DNA from: Ammonifex sp.
GTDB lineage: Bacteria; Bacillota; Desulfotomaculia; Desulfotomaculales; DYER01
Direction: 5' to 3'
DNA length: 60,375 nt
Assembly (NCBI GenBank): GCA_020725605.1
Contig: DYER01000029.1
Coordinates: 1 to 60,375 of the forward strand
Shown here: one piece after another, positions 29,172 through 36,806 of the stretch
Numbering within the stretch: position 1 is the stretch's first letter
Layout: the number at the start of each line of letters is the position of its first letter
Notes under the pieces: generated by a model
Database searches by the model: none
The model's input: the letters and a program-made list of their open reading frames with translations, nothing else
Told to the model about the DNA's origin: nothing
Translations under genes and position numbers: made by a program

Positions 29172-29948
29172 TCAGCGTCCTTTGAAATTGGGGCTGCGCT
29201 TTTCCAGAAACGCTCCGGTTCCCTCCAGCCGGTCCTCGGTGTAAAACGCCACCGTCTGGGCGAGCTTCTCAAACAGCAGCCCGGTGTTAATGTCGCTGTT
29301 GCTACCCACGTTGATGGCCATTTTGGCCAGGCCCACGGCCACGGGACCTTTGGCGATGATCCGGTTCGCCACGTCCCGCACCGCGTCCATGAGCTGCTCC
29401 GGAGGCACCACCCGGTTGACCAGGCCGATCCGTTCGGCCTCCGCCGCGTCGATAATGGCCCCGGTGAAGATGAGTTCCTTGGCCTTCCCCAAACCCACCA
29501 GCCGCTGCAGGCGCTGGGTACCTCCGGCGCCGGGAATGATGCCCAGGCCCACTTCGGGCTGTCCCAGGCGCGAGCGGTCCGTGGCAATTCTTATGTCGCA
29601 GGCCATGGCCAGCTCGCAGCCGCCGCCCAGCGCGAAACCGTCGATGGCCGCGATGACCGGTTTTTCCAGGCTTTCGATTTCGTTCAGCGTCTCCTGGGCC
29701 TCGCCCCTGAGGACCTCCAGGGCGTGACGTTCCCTCAGCACCCGGATGTCGGCTCCCGAGGCAAAGGCCTTTCCTCCCGCGCCGGTGATGACCACCACGC
29801 GGACTTCGTCGTCCTGCCGGCATTGACGGATGGCGGCGCGGATTTCCGACCAGGTGGCCGGGTCCAGGGCGTTCCGCACCTCCGGCCGGTTCAGGGTGAT
29901 AAAGGCAATGTTTCCGTCCTTCCGGAACAGGATGTTCCGGTATGCCAC
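29172..29948 (-). CDS. enoyl-CoA hydratase (crotonase family)
   Basis: Motifs ITLNRPEVRNAL, GAGGKAFASGADI and GGGCELAMACD. The GTG start lies 1 nt after the hbd stop. Confidence 0.9.
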   Translation of the reverse strand: MAYRNILFRKDGNIAFITLNRPEVRNALDPATWSEIRAAIRQCRQDDEVRVVVITGAGGKAFASGADIRVLRERHALEVLRGEAQETLNEIESLEKPVIAAIDGFALGGGCELAMACDIRIATDRSRLGQPEVGLGIIPGAGGTQRLQRLVGLGKAKELIFTGAIIDAAEAERIGLVNRVVPPEQLMDAVRDVANRIIAKGPVAVGLAKMAINVGSNSDINTGLLFEKLAQTVAFYTEDRLEGTGAFLEKRSPNFKGR

Positions 29949-29949
29949 T

Positions 29950-30822
29950 TCATCCCCTCCTCTCCCTTTCTCCGCCGTACTCGTAAAAGCCCCTGCCGGT
30001 TTTGCGCCCCCACTCGCCCCGCACGAACTTCTCCACGATGGTGGGGGAGGGTTTGTGGGCGGGATCGCCGGTCCTCTGGTAGCGCTCCATGGCCACGTGG
30101 TAACTGAGGTCGATGCCCGTGAGGTCCAGCAACCGGAAGGGCCCCATGGGATGGCCCAGGCCGTGAACCACGGCGGTGTCGATGTCCTCGTACGAGGCGA
30201 CTCCCGTCTCGTAGAGATAGAGGGCCTCGTTCCTGATGGCCGTGAGGATGCGGTTGACCAGAAAGCCTTCCACCTCCTTGCGCAGCAGGACCGGAATCTT
30301 GCCCATCCTCCTGGCCGCTTCCATGACCGCGTCCACCGTACTTTGCGCCGTATGGGGCCCTTTGACCACCTCCACGAGTTTCATTACCAGCGCCGGGTTG
30401 AAGAAGTGCATGTTGCACACTCTGGCGGGGCGCCGGGTGGCATCGGCCAGGCGCGAGCTCACTATGTAGGAGCTGTTGGTCGCGAGGACGGCGTCGGGCG
30501 GGCATAAAGAATCCAGTTCCGCGAAAACCTGCCTCTTGACGGCCAGTTTCTCGACCACCGCCTCGATGACCAGGTCCGCGTCGCCCGCCGCCTCGCCCAG
30601 ATCCCCGGTAAATCGAAGCGCGGCCCGCGCCCGGTCCGCCTGGCCCTGGGTGAGCTTTCCCTTTGCCACCCGCCCGGCAAGGTACCCGTCGACGAACTCC
30701 GACGCCTTACGCAGCGCCTCCTCGCTCACGTCGTGACACTTCACGCGGTAGCCGGCCATGGCCGCCACCAGCGCGATCTGCTGGCCCATCACACCGGCGC
30801 CAACCACGCAGACGTTTTCCAC
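29950..30822 (-). CDS. hbd: 3-hydroxyacyl-CoA (3-hydroxybutyryl-CoA) dehydrogenase
   Basis: The Rossmann motif VCVVGAGVMG, plus NSSYI and MHFFNPA. GTG start follows GGTGAGGTGGG. Confidence 0.9.
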   Translation of the reverse strand: MENVCVVGAGVMGQQIALVAAMAGYRVKCHDVSEEALRKASEFVDGYLAGRVAKGKLTQGQADRARAALRFTGDLGEAAGDADLVIEAVVEKLAVKRQVFAELDSLCPPDAVLATNSSYIVSSRLADATRRPARVCNMHFFNPALVMKLVEVVKGPHTAQSTVDAVMEAARRMGKIPVLLRKEVEGFLVNRILTAIRNEALYLYETGVASYEDIDTAVVHGLGHPMGPFRLLDLTGIDLSYHVAMERYQRTGDPAHKPSPTIVEKFVRGEWGRKTGRGFYEYGGERERRG

Positions 30823-30914
30823 GTCGAACCCACCTCACCATGCAATTTGTAGCGCCATTCTTGCAGGGACCGGGGGTAATCCCACGGCGACCTCCGGTTT
30901 CGTCCGCCACCCAT

Positions 30915-30930
30915 TGCAATGGCCGTGCCC
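30915..30930 (-). promoter_or_regulatory. sigma-54 (-24/-12) promoter of the beta-oxidation cluster
   Basis: The minus strand reads GGGCACGGCCATTGCA, with correct GG-N10-GC spacing and 15/16 match to TGGCACG-N4-TTGCA. It lies about 93 nt upstream of the hbd GTG. Confidence 0.7.
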
Positions 30931-31185
30931 GGAAAAAATAAATGGCCTGGCAGCGCTCTACTACCGTGATTCTCTCCCCGCACAGCCTTGCGGCGTGGGC
31001 CCAGGAAACGTTCATAATTGAAAAGGGAGTGTTTCAATCTAAAACAAAACCGTCTGGAACTGTATACCAACTTTCAAACCGACGCCGCCTCGTCTACTTC
31101 TCACCCACCTTACGGCTGGCACCGGAGGCCTCAGGCCGGTACTAGTCCGTTAGGTGCCATCCAGAACTACCCTGGCACGGCACAA

Positions 31186-31407
31186 GTGCCACCGCCCTTT
31201 CCATTGTCCCTCGGCAAGTACCTGGCCAGGTGCAGGGAAAAGCCGCTGCTGATCCTCAGGAACAACGAAGTGGCAGGGGTACTGCTGAGCGCGGAGGTAT
31301 ACAGGAGGCTGGTGGAATCGTACGAGCTGGTTCAGTCCTCATGCTGGCTCGCGAGAACTTTGAGGGACCGACCGAAAACCCCGGAGACGGGGACGTCTTC
31401 GAAATAA
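31186..31407 (+). CDS. Phd/YefM-type antitoxin
   Basis: The sequence KPLLILRNNEVAGVLLSAEVYRRL matches the Phd/YefM beta-strand/helix pattern. Start is GTG 31186, with an alternative TTG at 31204. Confidence 0.6.
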   Translation: MPPPFPLSLGKYLARCREKPLLILRNNEVAGVLLSAEVYRRLVESYELVQSSCWLARTLRDRPKTPETGTSSK

Positions 31408-31431
31408 TGCGGGAAGCCGAGGAAAGGGAGC

Positions 31432-31710
31432 GTGTACAGGGCTAAGCCAAAGAACGCCAACCGCTTCTGCCACGACTACGCGCGACTGACCCCGGCGGAG
31501 CGGGAGAAAGTCTGACAGCTCCTCGAGGGGCTGGCCGAAAACCCGCGACCTCCGGGCCGCATTTACCTGGCAAAGAATTATTACAGGCTGCGCGTCGGGA
31601 GCATCGGCGTCCTCTACCAGATCCTCGATGGCGAGAAGACGGTGCTCGTTGGAGCCGTGGACATACTGCGCGAGGGAACGTACAAAGACCGGAAGAGGTA
31701 CTTCAAGTGA
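31432..31710 (+). pseudogene. RelE/ParE-family toxin interrupted by an in-frame TGA
   Basis: The frame reads VYRAKPK...LTPAEREKV*QLLEGLAENPRPPGRIYLAKNYYRLRVGSIGVLYQILDGEKTVLVGAV. This is a RelE-like pattern (ENPRPPG, YRLRVG, VLY.I) with the stop at 31513-31515. Confidence 0.6.
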
Positions 31711-32101
31711 GCGTTGGCCGGACCCGGCCGTACCGGACCGCGGCCCCGGCACACCGCGAGAAAGTACCCCGCATCAATTCGACGTGCCTTCTTTGGTCCC
31801 TCTGGTCGCCCGGCTGATGAGATTGGCCAGTTCCCCGGGGCCGGCGTCGCCCGGCTTAGGGCGCAGAGCATCCGGGATGATGAGTATTTCGGCCATTTAT
31901 GTCGACCTCCGGGACCATTGTGGCCGCCGCCTGCCCAAGAATACCACTCCCGGCGCTGCGAGTTGGCGGAAGCCGAGCGGTACGGCGGCGCCGGGGGCGG
32001 GAAAGGACACCAATCGCGTACCCGATCCAAAAAGGGTAATACTATGCGTGTTTGCCTGGAAATTCCAAACGTCGACGCCGCATTGCAGCCGGGGTCGTAA
32101 C

Positions 32102-32770
32102 TCAACGGAAGGGGGCACAACCCCTTTCGGGGCCACAGCCAGACCTCAACCGCCGCAGGAAATCCTCAAAGAGTTCGGGCGCCCTTTCCACCAGCCCCGG
32201 TCGCACAACCGCCAGTCCCCTTGCCTCTTGCGGGTACGCCGGTTTCAGTTGTTGCCACCGTCGCTCCAGCAAATCTACTCGGGATGCAAGTACGTCCGCG
32301 CAGATCCTGACCAGGCTTTCGGCGCCGCTCTCGGTCGCGGCCGCCACGTCAACGACGTCTCGGACCTTAAGGGTTTCCGGACGGTAAAAAAGCTTTTTCG
32401 TGACTATTTCGGCCGCGGTTTCCACGCGAATTTCCCTGCCGCCGATTTTTTCCCAGGTGCAATTCGGGCTCGTCAGGTACGGAGCTATGATGAGGTCCAC
32501 GACCCCTTTCCCGAAAAAGAGCTTTAAGAACCACGAAGCTTCCTCGTAGTCGCGGACCACGGCGGCCACATCTCCGTTCAGGCGGGGCGTCACCAGAAGT
32601 AAGAGCTGGGCGTCGGTCAGGAAGATGTCGACGTCGTTACTGACGCGGTGGTTCAGGCGGAAGGCCAGGGCGGTACCGCCCCCGAAGGACCACTCCTCGG
32701 GGGCAATCCCCGCCCCGTCCAGGATACCCGCGGCCGTATCCAGAAGATCCTTCCAGTCGTGAGGGGTCAC
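32102..32770 (-). CDS. AbiEii/DUF1814-family nucleotidyltransferase toxin (type IV TA)
   Basis: The motif FGGGTALAFRLNHRVSNDVDIF is the GGTAL...RxSxDxD NTase motif. GTG 32770 overlaps the upstream stop (GTGA). Confidence 0.75.
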   Translation of the reverse strand: MTPHDWKDLLDTAAGILDGAGIAPEEWSFGGGTALAFRLNHRVSNDVDIFLTDAQLLLLVTPRLNGDVAAVVRDYEEASWFLKLFFGKGVVDLIIAPYLTSPNCTWEKIGGREIRVETAAEIVTKKLFYRPETLKVRDVVDVAAATESGAESLVRICADVLASRVDLLERRWQQLKPAYPQEARGLAVVRPGLVERAPELFEDFLRRLRSGCGPERGCAPFR

Positions 32771-33072
32771 GGGCCGAGCATCTCCTCCAGCTCCCGGTTG
32801 GGATAGAGCTCCTTCACGTGGAGCCTGTAGTAAGCCAGAAGTTCTTCCGGTGCAATCCCGTGTGCGTCCAGGAATCCGGCCACCAGCCGGAGGGGTGTGT
32901 CGGTGAAGAAGTTGACCACGTGGACGCGGCGGTCCTCCGGCAGCCGCATGCTCCTGATGAGCTCTGCCAACTCTTCTTCGCGCACATAATTCAGGGTCTG
33001 GGCATTCACGATGAGTTCCACCGGGGAAAACAGTACCGCATCCCGGCGGTCCGTGCCCCGCACACCCGACAC
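32767..33072 (-). CDS. putative cognate antitoxin of the AbiEii-like toxin
   Basis: A 101-aa ORF has a 4-nt overlap with the toxin start. I recognise no family motif; the call rests on position and coupling. Confidence 0.5.
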   Translation of the reverse strand: MSGVRGTDRRDAVLFSPVELIVNAQTLNYVREEELAELIRSMRLPEDRRVHVVNFFTDTPLRLVAGFLDAHGIAPEELLAYYRLHVKELYPNRELEEMLGP

Positions 33073-33172
33073 CCCCGTTTTTGGAAGGAGTACCTGGGAC
33101 CATTATAGCCGCCCGCCGGCAAAAATACCACTCCCTGGCGCTGCCGGTCGGGCGCGGCGCAGGCGGACGCCG

Positions 33173-33192
33173 AAAAAAGGGCGGGGCCCGCC
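33173..33192 (-). terminator. possible intrinsic terminator at the end of the cooS 3' region
   Basis: On the minus strand, GGCGG-gcc-CCGCC is followed by T6. The stem is short but all G:C. Confidence 0.35.
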
Positions 33193-33198
33193 ACCGGA

Positions 33199-33526
33199 GG
33201 GGCGGCGGCCTCCGGCCCGCCTGTTGAGGGACGGCCGGGCCGGTGGTCCCGCCCTCGTTACCACCGGAAGTCGGGCCCCCGGTCCACCATCAGAGGGTTC
33301 GCGCGGACGTGGGGCGCACGGGCCGAAAGGCGCCCGGTGCCCCCGGCCCGCACATGCGGGAGGGGCGGCGGTCCCGGCCCGCGAAGAAACGCGCCCCCCG
33401 GCATGGCCCGCATCCGTGTTCGGTTCGGCGCGGCCGGGGCGCCGAGAGACGGCGGACCCGGCCCGCACATTGAGGGACGGTCGGGCCGGTGGTCCCGCCC
33501 GGCAGGGACGAGGGCCGCCGGCCCGC
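33199..33526. repeat. GC-rich intergenic repeat family
   Basis: A 43-nt direct repeat occurs at 33212-33254 and 33458-33500 (39/43 identical; TTGAGGGACGGyCGGGCCGGTGGTCCCGCCC core). The 9-mer CCGGCCCGC occurs 5 times (33212, 33343, 33374, 33458, 33518). Confidence 0.8.
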
Positions 33527-33545
33527 TTACGGATGCGCGGCCGCG

Positions 33546-35417
33546 CTAAATGCCCAGGGCCACACGCTTCTTGTCGATGTGGGCCGCGATGCCCTCGGCC
33601 ACGGCCACCGGGTCGTCGCCCACGGCCAGCTTGCCGCCGGTGAGTTGCTCCACGTCCTCGGTGAGGAGCTTTACCACCTCGGGCGAGCCGGTGACCGGCG
33701 GGGTGGGCGAGACGTGGGTGTAGAGGCCGAAGGCCACGGCGCCGAAGGCGTCCACCACCGCTTTTTGCTCCAGGTACTCGGGCGCGGTGACGGCCGCCGG
33801 CAACTGCGAGGGGTCGATGCCCAGGGCCCCGGCCACGGCCGTGGCCAGTAGTATCAGCCGGCCGGTGTCGGCGCAGGTGCCGAAGGAGAGCACGGGCGGC
33901 ACGCCCAGCTGCCGGCACACGGCCCTCAGGCCCGGTCCGGCTGCTTGCGCCGCCTCGCGGGTGGTGAGTCCGGCCACCTGGCAGGCCGCGTTGCCGCACC
34001 CCGCGGAGAGCACCAGCAGGTCGCGGCGGATGAGTTCGCGGGCCACGCCCACGTTGAGGGCGTCCTGGGGGCCGTTGCCCAGGCTGGTGCAGCTCACCAG
34101 CACCACAACGCCCTTAATGGTTCCCTTCTTGATGACCTCCAGCAGCGGGTCCAGGCTGCCGCCCAGGGCCTGCAGCACGGCCTCGGTGGAGAAGCCGGTG
34201 AGGACCCGGATGGAGCGCAGGCCCCTCACGGCCTCCCGGCCCTTGCGCCGGCGGAAGTTGTCCACGGCCATCTCGATGAGCCGCCGGGCCTGCTCCTCGA
34301 CCTTCTCCGGCTCGTAGTCCAGATGATCCGCGGTGCCCGGCAGGTTGACGAGGGGCGAGACGGGCACCAGGGTCACGCCGTACTTCTCCGCGTACAGGCC
34401 CAGGCTGGGCAGGGAGCAGTTCATGTCCATGGCCAGCAGGTCCACGGCGCCCGTGGCCAGGGCGTACTCCTGGGTGATCCAGTTGCCGGTCAGCCCCCGG
34501 AAGACGTCGTCGGCGGCGAAGCGCTGCATCAGCTCCTGGCCGGTCTCGATGGATCCGATGATGCGCACTCCCCTCGCGCCGGCGGCGCGGGCCAGTTCCT
34601 GAATTTCGGGCCGGCGGGCCACCTCAATCAGGGCCGCGCCCACGAAGGGCTTGTGGCCGTGGGGCAGGACGTTGACGTAATCCGGGTCCAGGATGCCCAG
34701 GTCCACCTCGGCCTCGTGGGGCTGCGGGGTGCCGAAGAGGATGTCCTGGACGATCTCCAGGGGCACCAGGGCGCCGTAAACCGTGGCCAGTCCCAGGCGC
34801 AGGCCCGCCTTGGCCAGGGTGACGTAGTGGCCGTCGATGCTGGTCATGGTGCGGGTGGTGGTCTCCAGCAGCTCGTGGAGGGGACCGCCGGGAAGGATGC
34901 CCAGTTCCCGCCACACCTTCTTGCGGCTCTCGGGCGCGAACTTTTCCACGAAGGTTCCGGGCCGGTCCGTACCCTCGTGCAGGGCGGCCAGCACGGCGTC
35001 GGCCACGGCCGCCGCGCGCTCGGACGCGCTTCCCGCCGGCACGCCCAGCTGATCGGCAAACAAGTGCAGTTTGGCCTCGTCCCTGATCCCGTAGGGCGTT
35101 TTGCCGGCCGCGGTCGCTTTAAGGGTGCGGGCCGCCTCCTTGCAGTGGTAGGTGTAGGCCGCGGCCCCGAACTTGGCCCGGTGCACCATGTTGCGCATGA
35201 CCATGGCCGCGCCGTCGATGCCGCAGGCGCCCCTCTCCACCTTACCCGGCACCACGCGGCAGGGGCCGTTGCTGCACAACTGGCAGCTTAAGCCCCGCAT
35301 GCAGAACTGCTTACAGCGCACCTTCTCCTGATCGGCGAAACGGTCCGCCACGTTGGTGAGTCCCGCGGCCCTGATGCGCTCGTACATGGCGTTGACGGTC
35401 TCGTGGTGACTGATCAC
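33546..35417 (-). CDS. cooS: anaerobic carbon-monoxide dehydrogenase catalytic subunit family (CooS-type)
   Basis: The N-terminal Cys pattern is CKQFCMRGLSCQLCSNGPCR...GACG. Other motifs are HGHKP, MDMNC, SAGCGNAA and SFGTCAD. GTG start follows GGGGAGG. Confidence 0.85.
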   Translation of the reverse strand: MISHHETVNAMYERIRAAGLTNVADRFADQEKVRCKQFCMRGLSCQLCSNGPCRVVPGKVERGACGIDGAAMVMRNMVHRAKFGAAAYTYHCKEAARTLKATAAGKTPYGIRDEAKLHLFADQLGVPAGSASERAAAVADAVLAALHEGTDRPGTFVEKFAPESRKKVWRELGILPGGPLHELLETTTRTMTSIDGHYVTLAKAGLRLGLATVYGALVPLEIVQDILFGTPQPHEAEVDLGILDPDYVNVLPHGHKPFVGAALIEVARRPEIQELARAAGARGVRIIGSIETGQELMQRFAADDVFRGLTGNWITQEYALATGAVDLLAMDMNCSLPSLGLYAEKYGVTLVPVSPLVNLPGTADHLDYEPEKVEEQARRLIEMAVDNFRRRKGREAVRGLRSIRVLTGFSTEAVLQALGGSLDPLLEVIKKGTIKGVVVLVSCTSLGNGPQDALNVGVARELIRRDLLVLSAGCGNAACQVAGLTTREAAQAAGPGLRAVCRQLGVPPVLSFGTCADTGRLILLATAVAGALGIDPSQLPAAVTAPEYLEQKAVVDAFGAVAFGLYTHVSPTPPVTGSPEVVKLLTEDVEQLTGGKLAVGDDPVAVAEGIAAHIDKKRVALGI

Positions 35418-35423
35418 GCTTTT

Positions 35424-36257
35424 CTACCTCCCCGCGAGTTTTTGCAATTCTGAAAAGTCTTCCGCCCGGCGCTCCTTGATGTCCCCGCGGATGCCGACGA
35501 GCACGGTCTCCAGGGGAATCTGCCTGCCGGCCGCGGCCAGAGCCTCCCTGGCCAGGTGCACCAGGCCGTAGCAGCACGGCACCTCCATGTAGGCCACCAG
35601 GACGCTCCGCGGCCGGGCCTCCAGGAAGATGCGGCGCAGCTTCTCCCGGTAGGCCGCCACGTCGTCGAACTTGGGGCAACCCACCACCACGGCCCGGCCC
35701 CGGAGGAAATCGCGGTGGAAGCCGGCGCAGGCCACGGGCACGCAGTCGGCCGCCACCAGCAGGTCCGCGTCCTTGAAGTAGGGCGCCGCGGGCGAGACCA
35801 GGTGGAGCTGCACCGGCCACTGGCGGAGTTCCGACCGCACGTTCCCGCCTGCGGCCTCCCGGGACCCCGCCTCCTCCGGCACCTCTGCGGGGCCCCAGGC
35901 GAGTTCCTGGCAGGAGCAGGTGATGCCTCCGCCCGACTCAGGTCCCGCCGCGGCCGGGGCCTCCAGCCCGTGGGCCCTGAGGTGCTCCAGGTGGCGGGCC
36001 AGCAGTTCCGGCGATTGTCGGCGCAGGTGGGCGATGACCCCCTCGGCGTCGTACTCCTCGGCCTCGCGCTCCTCGATGGTCAGGGCCCCCTTGGGGCACT
36101 CGCCCAGGCAGGCGCCCAGGCCGTCGCAGTAGCTCTCCTTCACCAGGCGGGCCTTACCGTCCACCACGGCCAGGGCCCCCTCGGGGCAGGCCGGCAGGCA
36201 CAGCCCGCAGCCGTCGCACTTCTCCTCGTCAATGCGGATGATCTTCCTGCGCGTCAT
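35424..36257 (-). CDS. 4Fe-4S dicluster domain protein (CooS/Hcp-associated type)
   Basis: The N-terminus reads CDGCGLCLPACPEGAL...CDGLGACLGECPKGAL. A Cys-containing C-terminal domain follows. ATG follows AGGAGG. Confidence 0.8.
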   Translation of the reverse strand: MTRRKIIRIDEEKCDGCGLCLPACPEGALAVVDGKARLVKESYCDGLGACLGECPKGALTIEEREAEEYDAEGVIAHLRRQSPELLARHLEHLRAHGLEAPAAAGPESGGGITCSCQELAWGPAEVPEEAGSREAAGGNVRSELRQWPVQLHLVSPAAPYFKDADLLVAADCVPVACAGFHRDFLRGRAVVVGCPKFDDVAAYREKLRRIFLEARPRSVLVAYMEVPCCYGLVHLAREALAAAGRQIPLETVLVGIRGDIKERRAEDFSELQKLAGR

Positions 36258-36504
36258 CCGATGCCGCCTCCTTTCTCCGCACCAGCCTCTCGTACAGCTC
36301 GTCGCCCACGCACTCGCGCGCGTACTTGCACCACTGCACGCAGGACTGTACGTCGTTGTACACCGTGAAGCCGCACTTCTCGCAGTTGACCTTCACGTCC
36401 ACCGAGAACACTTCCACCTCGCTGCCGCACTCCGGGCACTTCTTGATCTTCAATTCCGGGGTGCGGATGAAAAGGGTACCCGGGCATCTGTCGAGCATGG
36501 CCAT
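36229..36504 (-). CDS. small zinc-ribbon protein
   Basis: ATG 36504 follows GGGGGG. CPECGSEVEV...CEKCG forms a CxxC...CxxC ribbon. The 3' end overlaps the next gene by 29 nt. Confidence 0.6.
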   Translation of the reverse strand: MAMLDRCPGTLFIRTPELKIKKCPECGSEVEVFSVDVKVNCEKCGFTVYNDVQSCVQWCKYARECVGDELYERLVRRKEAASDDAQEDHPH

Positions 36505-36578
36505 CCCCCCGTCCGTTGCGTGGTATTCCCGCAGCCGCGACTGTGTTTCTCCGGACCGCAGCTCCGTCCCCTGGGGTA

Positions 36579-36593
36579 GCAAGGGGCGTGCCA
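36579..36593 (-). promoter_or_regulatory. sigma-54 (-24/-12) promoter of the Zn-ribbon/Fe-S/cooS operon
   Basis: The minus strand reads (C)TGGCACGCCCCTTGC(T), an exact match to TGGCACG-N4-TTGC. It lies 75 nt upstream of ATG 36504. Confidence 0.75.
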
Positions 36594-36699
36594 GGGAGGA
36601 GAGGCCGGGCGCGCGGGCTCCAGAACGCCCCTGCGCCGCGCGCTGTGGGCCGAAGCACGAAGCGTACCCGCCTCCCTGCGGAGCTGTGTATCACATTGA

Positions 36700-36788
36700 G
36701 TGAGACAGGCCTTTGAGACGTCGTGAAGGGCGTGGCGGCACGAAGAAGGCGCGGCGGAAGTGTCTCGGCGGCAGCCGGTAGTGAGACA
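36700..36788. promoter_or_regulatory. candidate enhancer (UAS) sites, GTGAGACA motif cluster
   Basis: The 11-mer AGTGAGACAGG is repeated exactly at 36699-36709 and 36780-36790. Partial copies are GAGACG at 36715 and TGTCTC at 36761. The cluster lies 105-200 bp upstream of the sigma-54 promoter. Confidence 0.5.
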
Positions 36789-36806
36789 GGATTCGAATTT
36801 TCTGCC

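Noticed and set aside
30841-30857. Sigma-54-like sequence TGGCGCTACAAATTGCA on the minus strand, just upstream of hbd.
   Set aside because: The GG-to-GC spacing is 11 nt instead of 10. The predicted start would fall inside the hbd ribosome-binding site. The properly spaced site at 30915-30930 is preferred.
31513-31515. The in-frame TGA in the RelE-like gene read as selenocysteine.
   Set aside because: I see no SECIS-like hairpin immediately downstream. RelE toxins are not selenoproteins. Pseudogenisation or sequencing error is simpler.
33199-33526. The GC-rich repeats interpreted as a CRISPR array.
   Set aside because: There are only two long copies, 246 bp apart, plus irregular fragments. 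Repeat and spacer periodicity is absent, and there are no cas genes.
33103-33999. A 298-aa minus-strand ORF, and several plus-strand ORFs (33011-33643, 33243-33473), across the repeat region.
   Set aside because: The translations are almost pure Arg/Gly/Pro/Ala. They overlap the cooS 3' end out of frame and have no RBS or family resemblance.
33546-35417. A claim that a C-cluster cysteine of CooS is substituted (the APEYLEQKA region).
   Set aside because: My recollection of the reference CODH-II sequence and numbering is not reliable enough to assign ligand positions. This is left as a check to perform rather than a finding.
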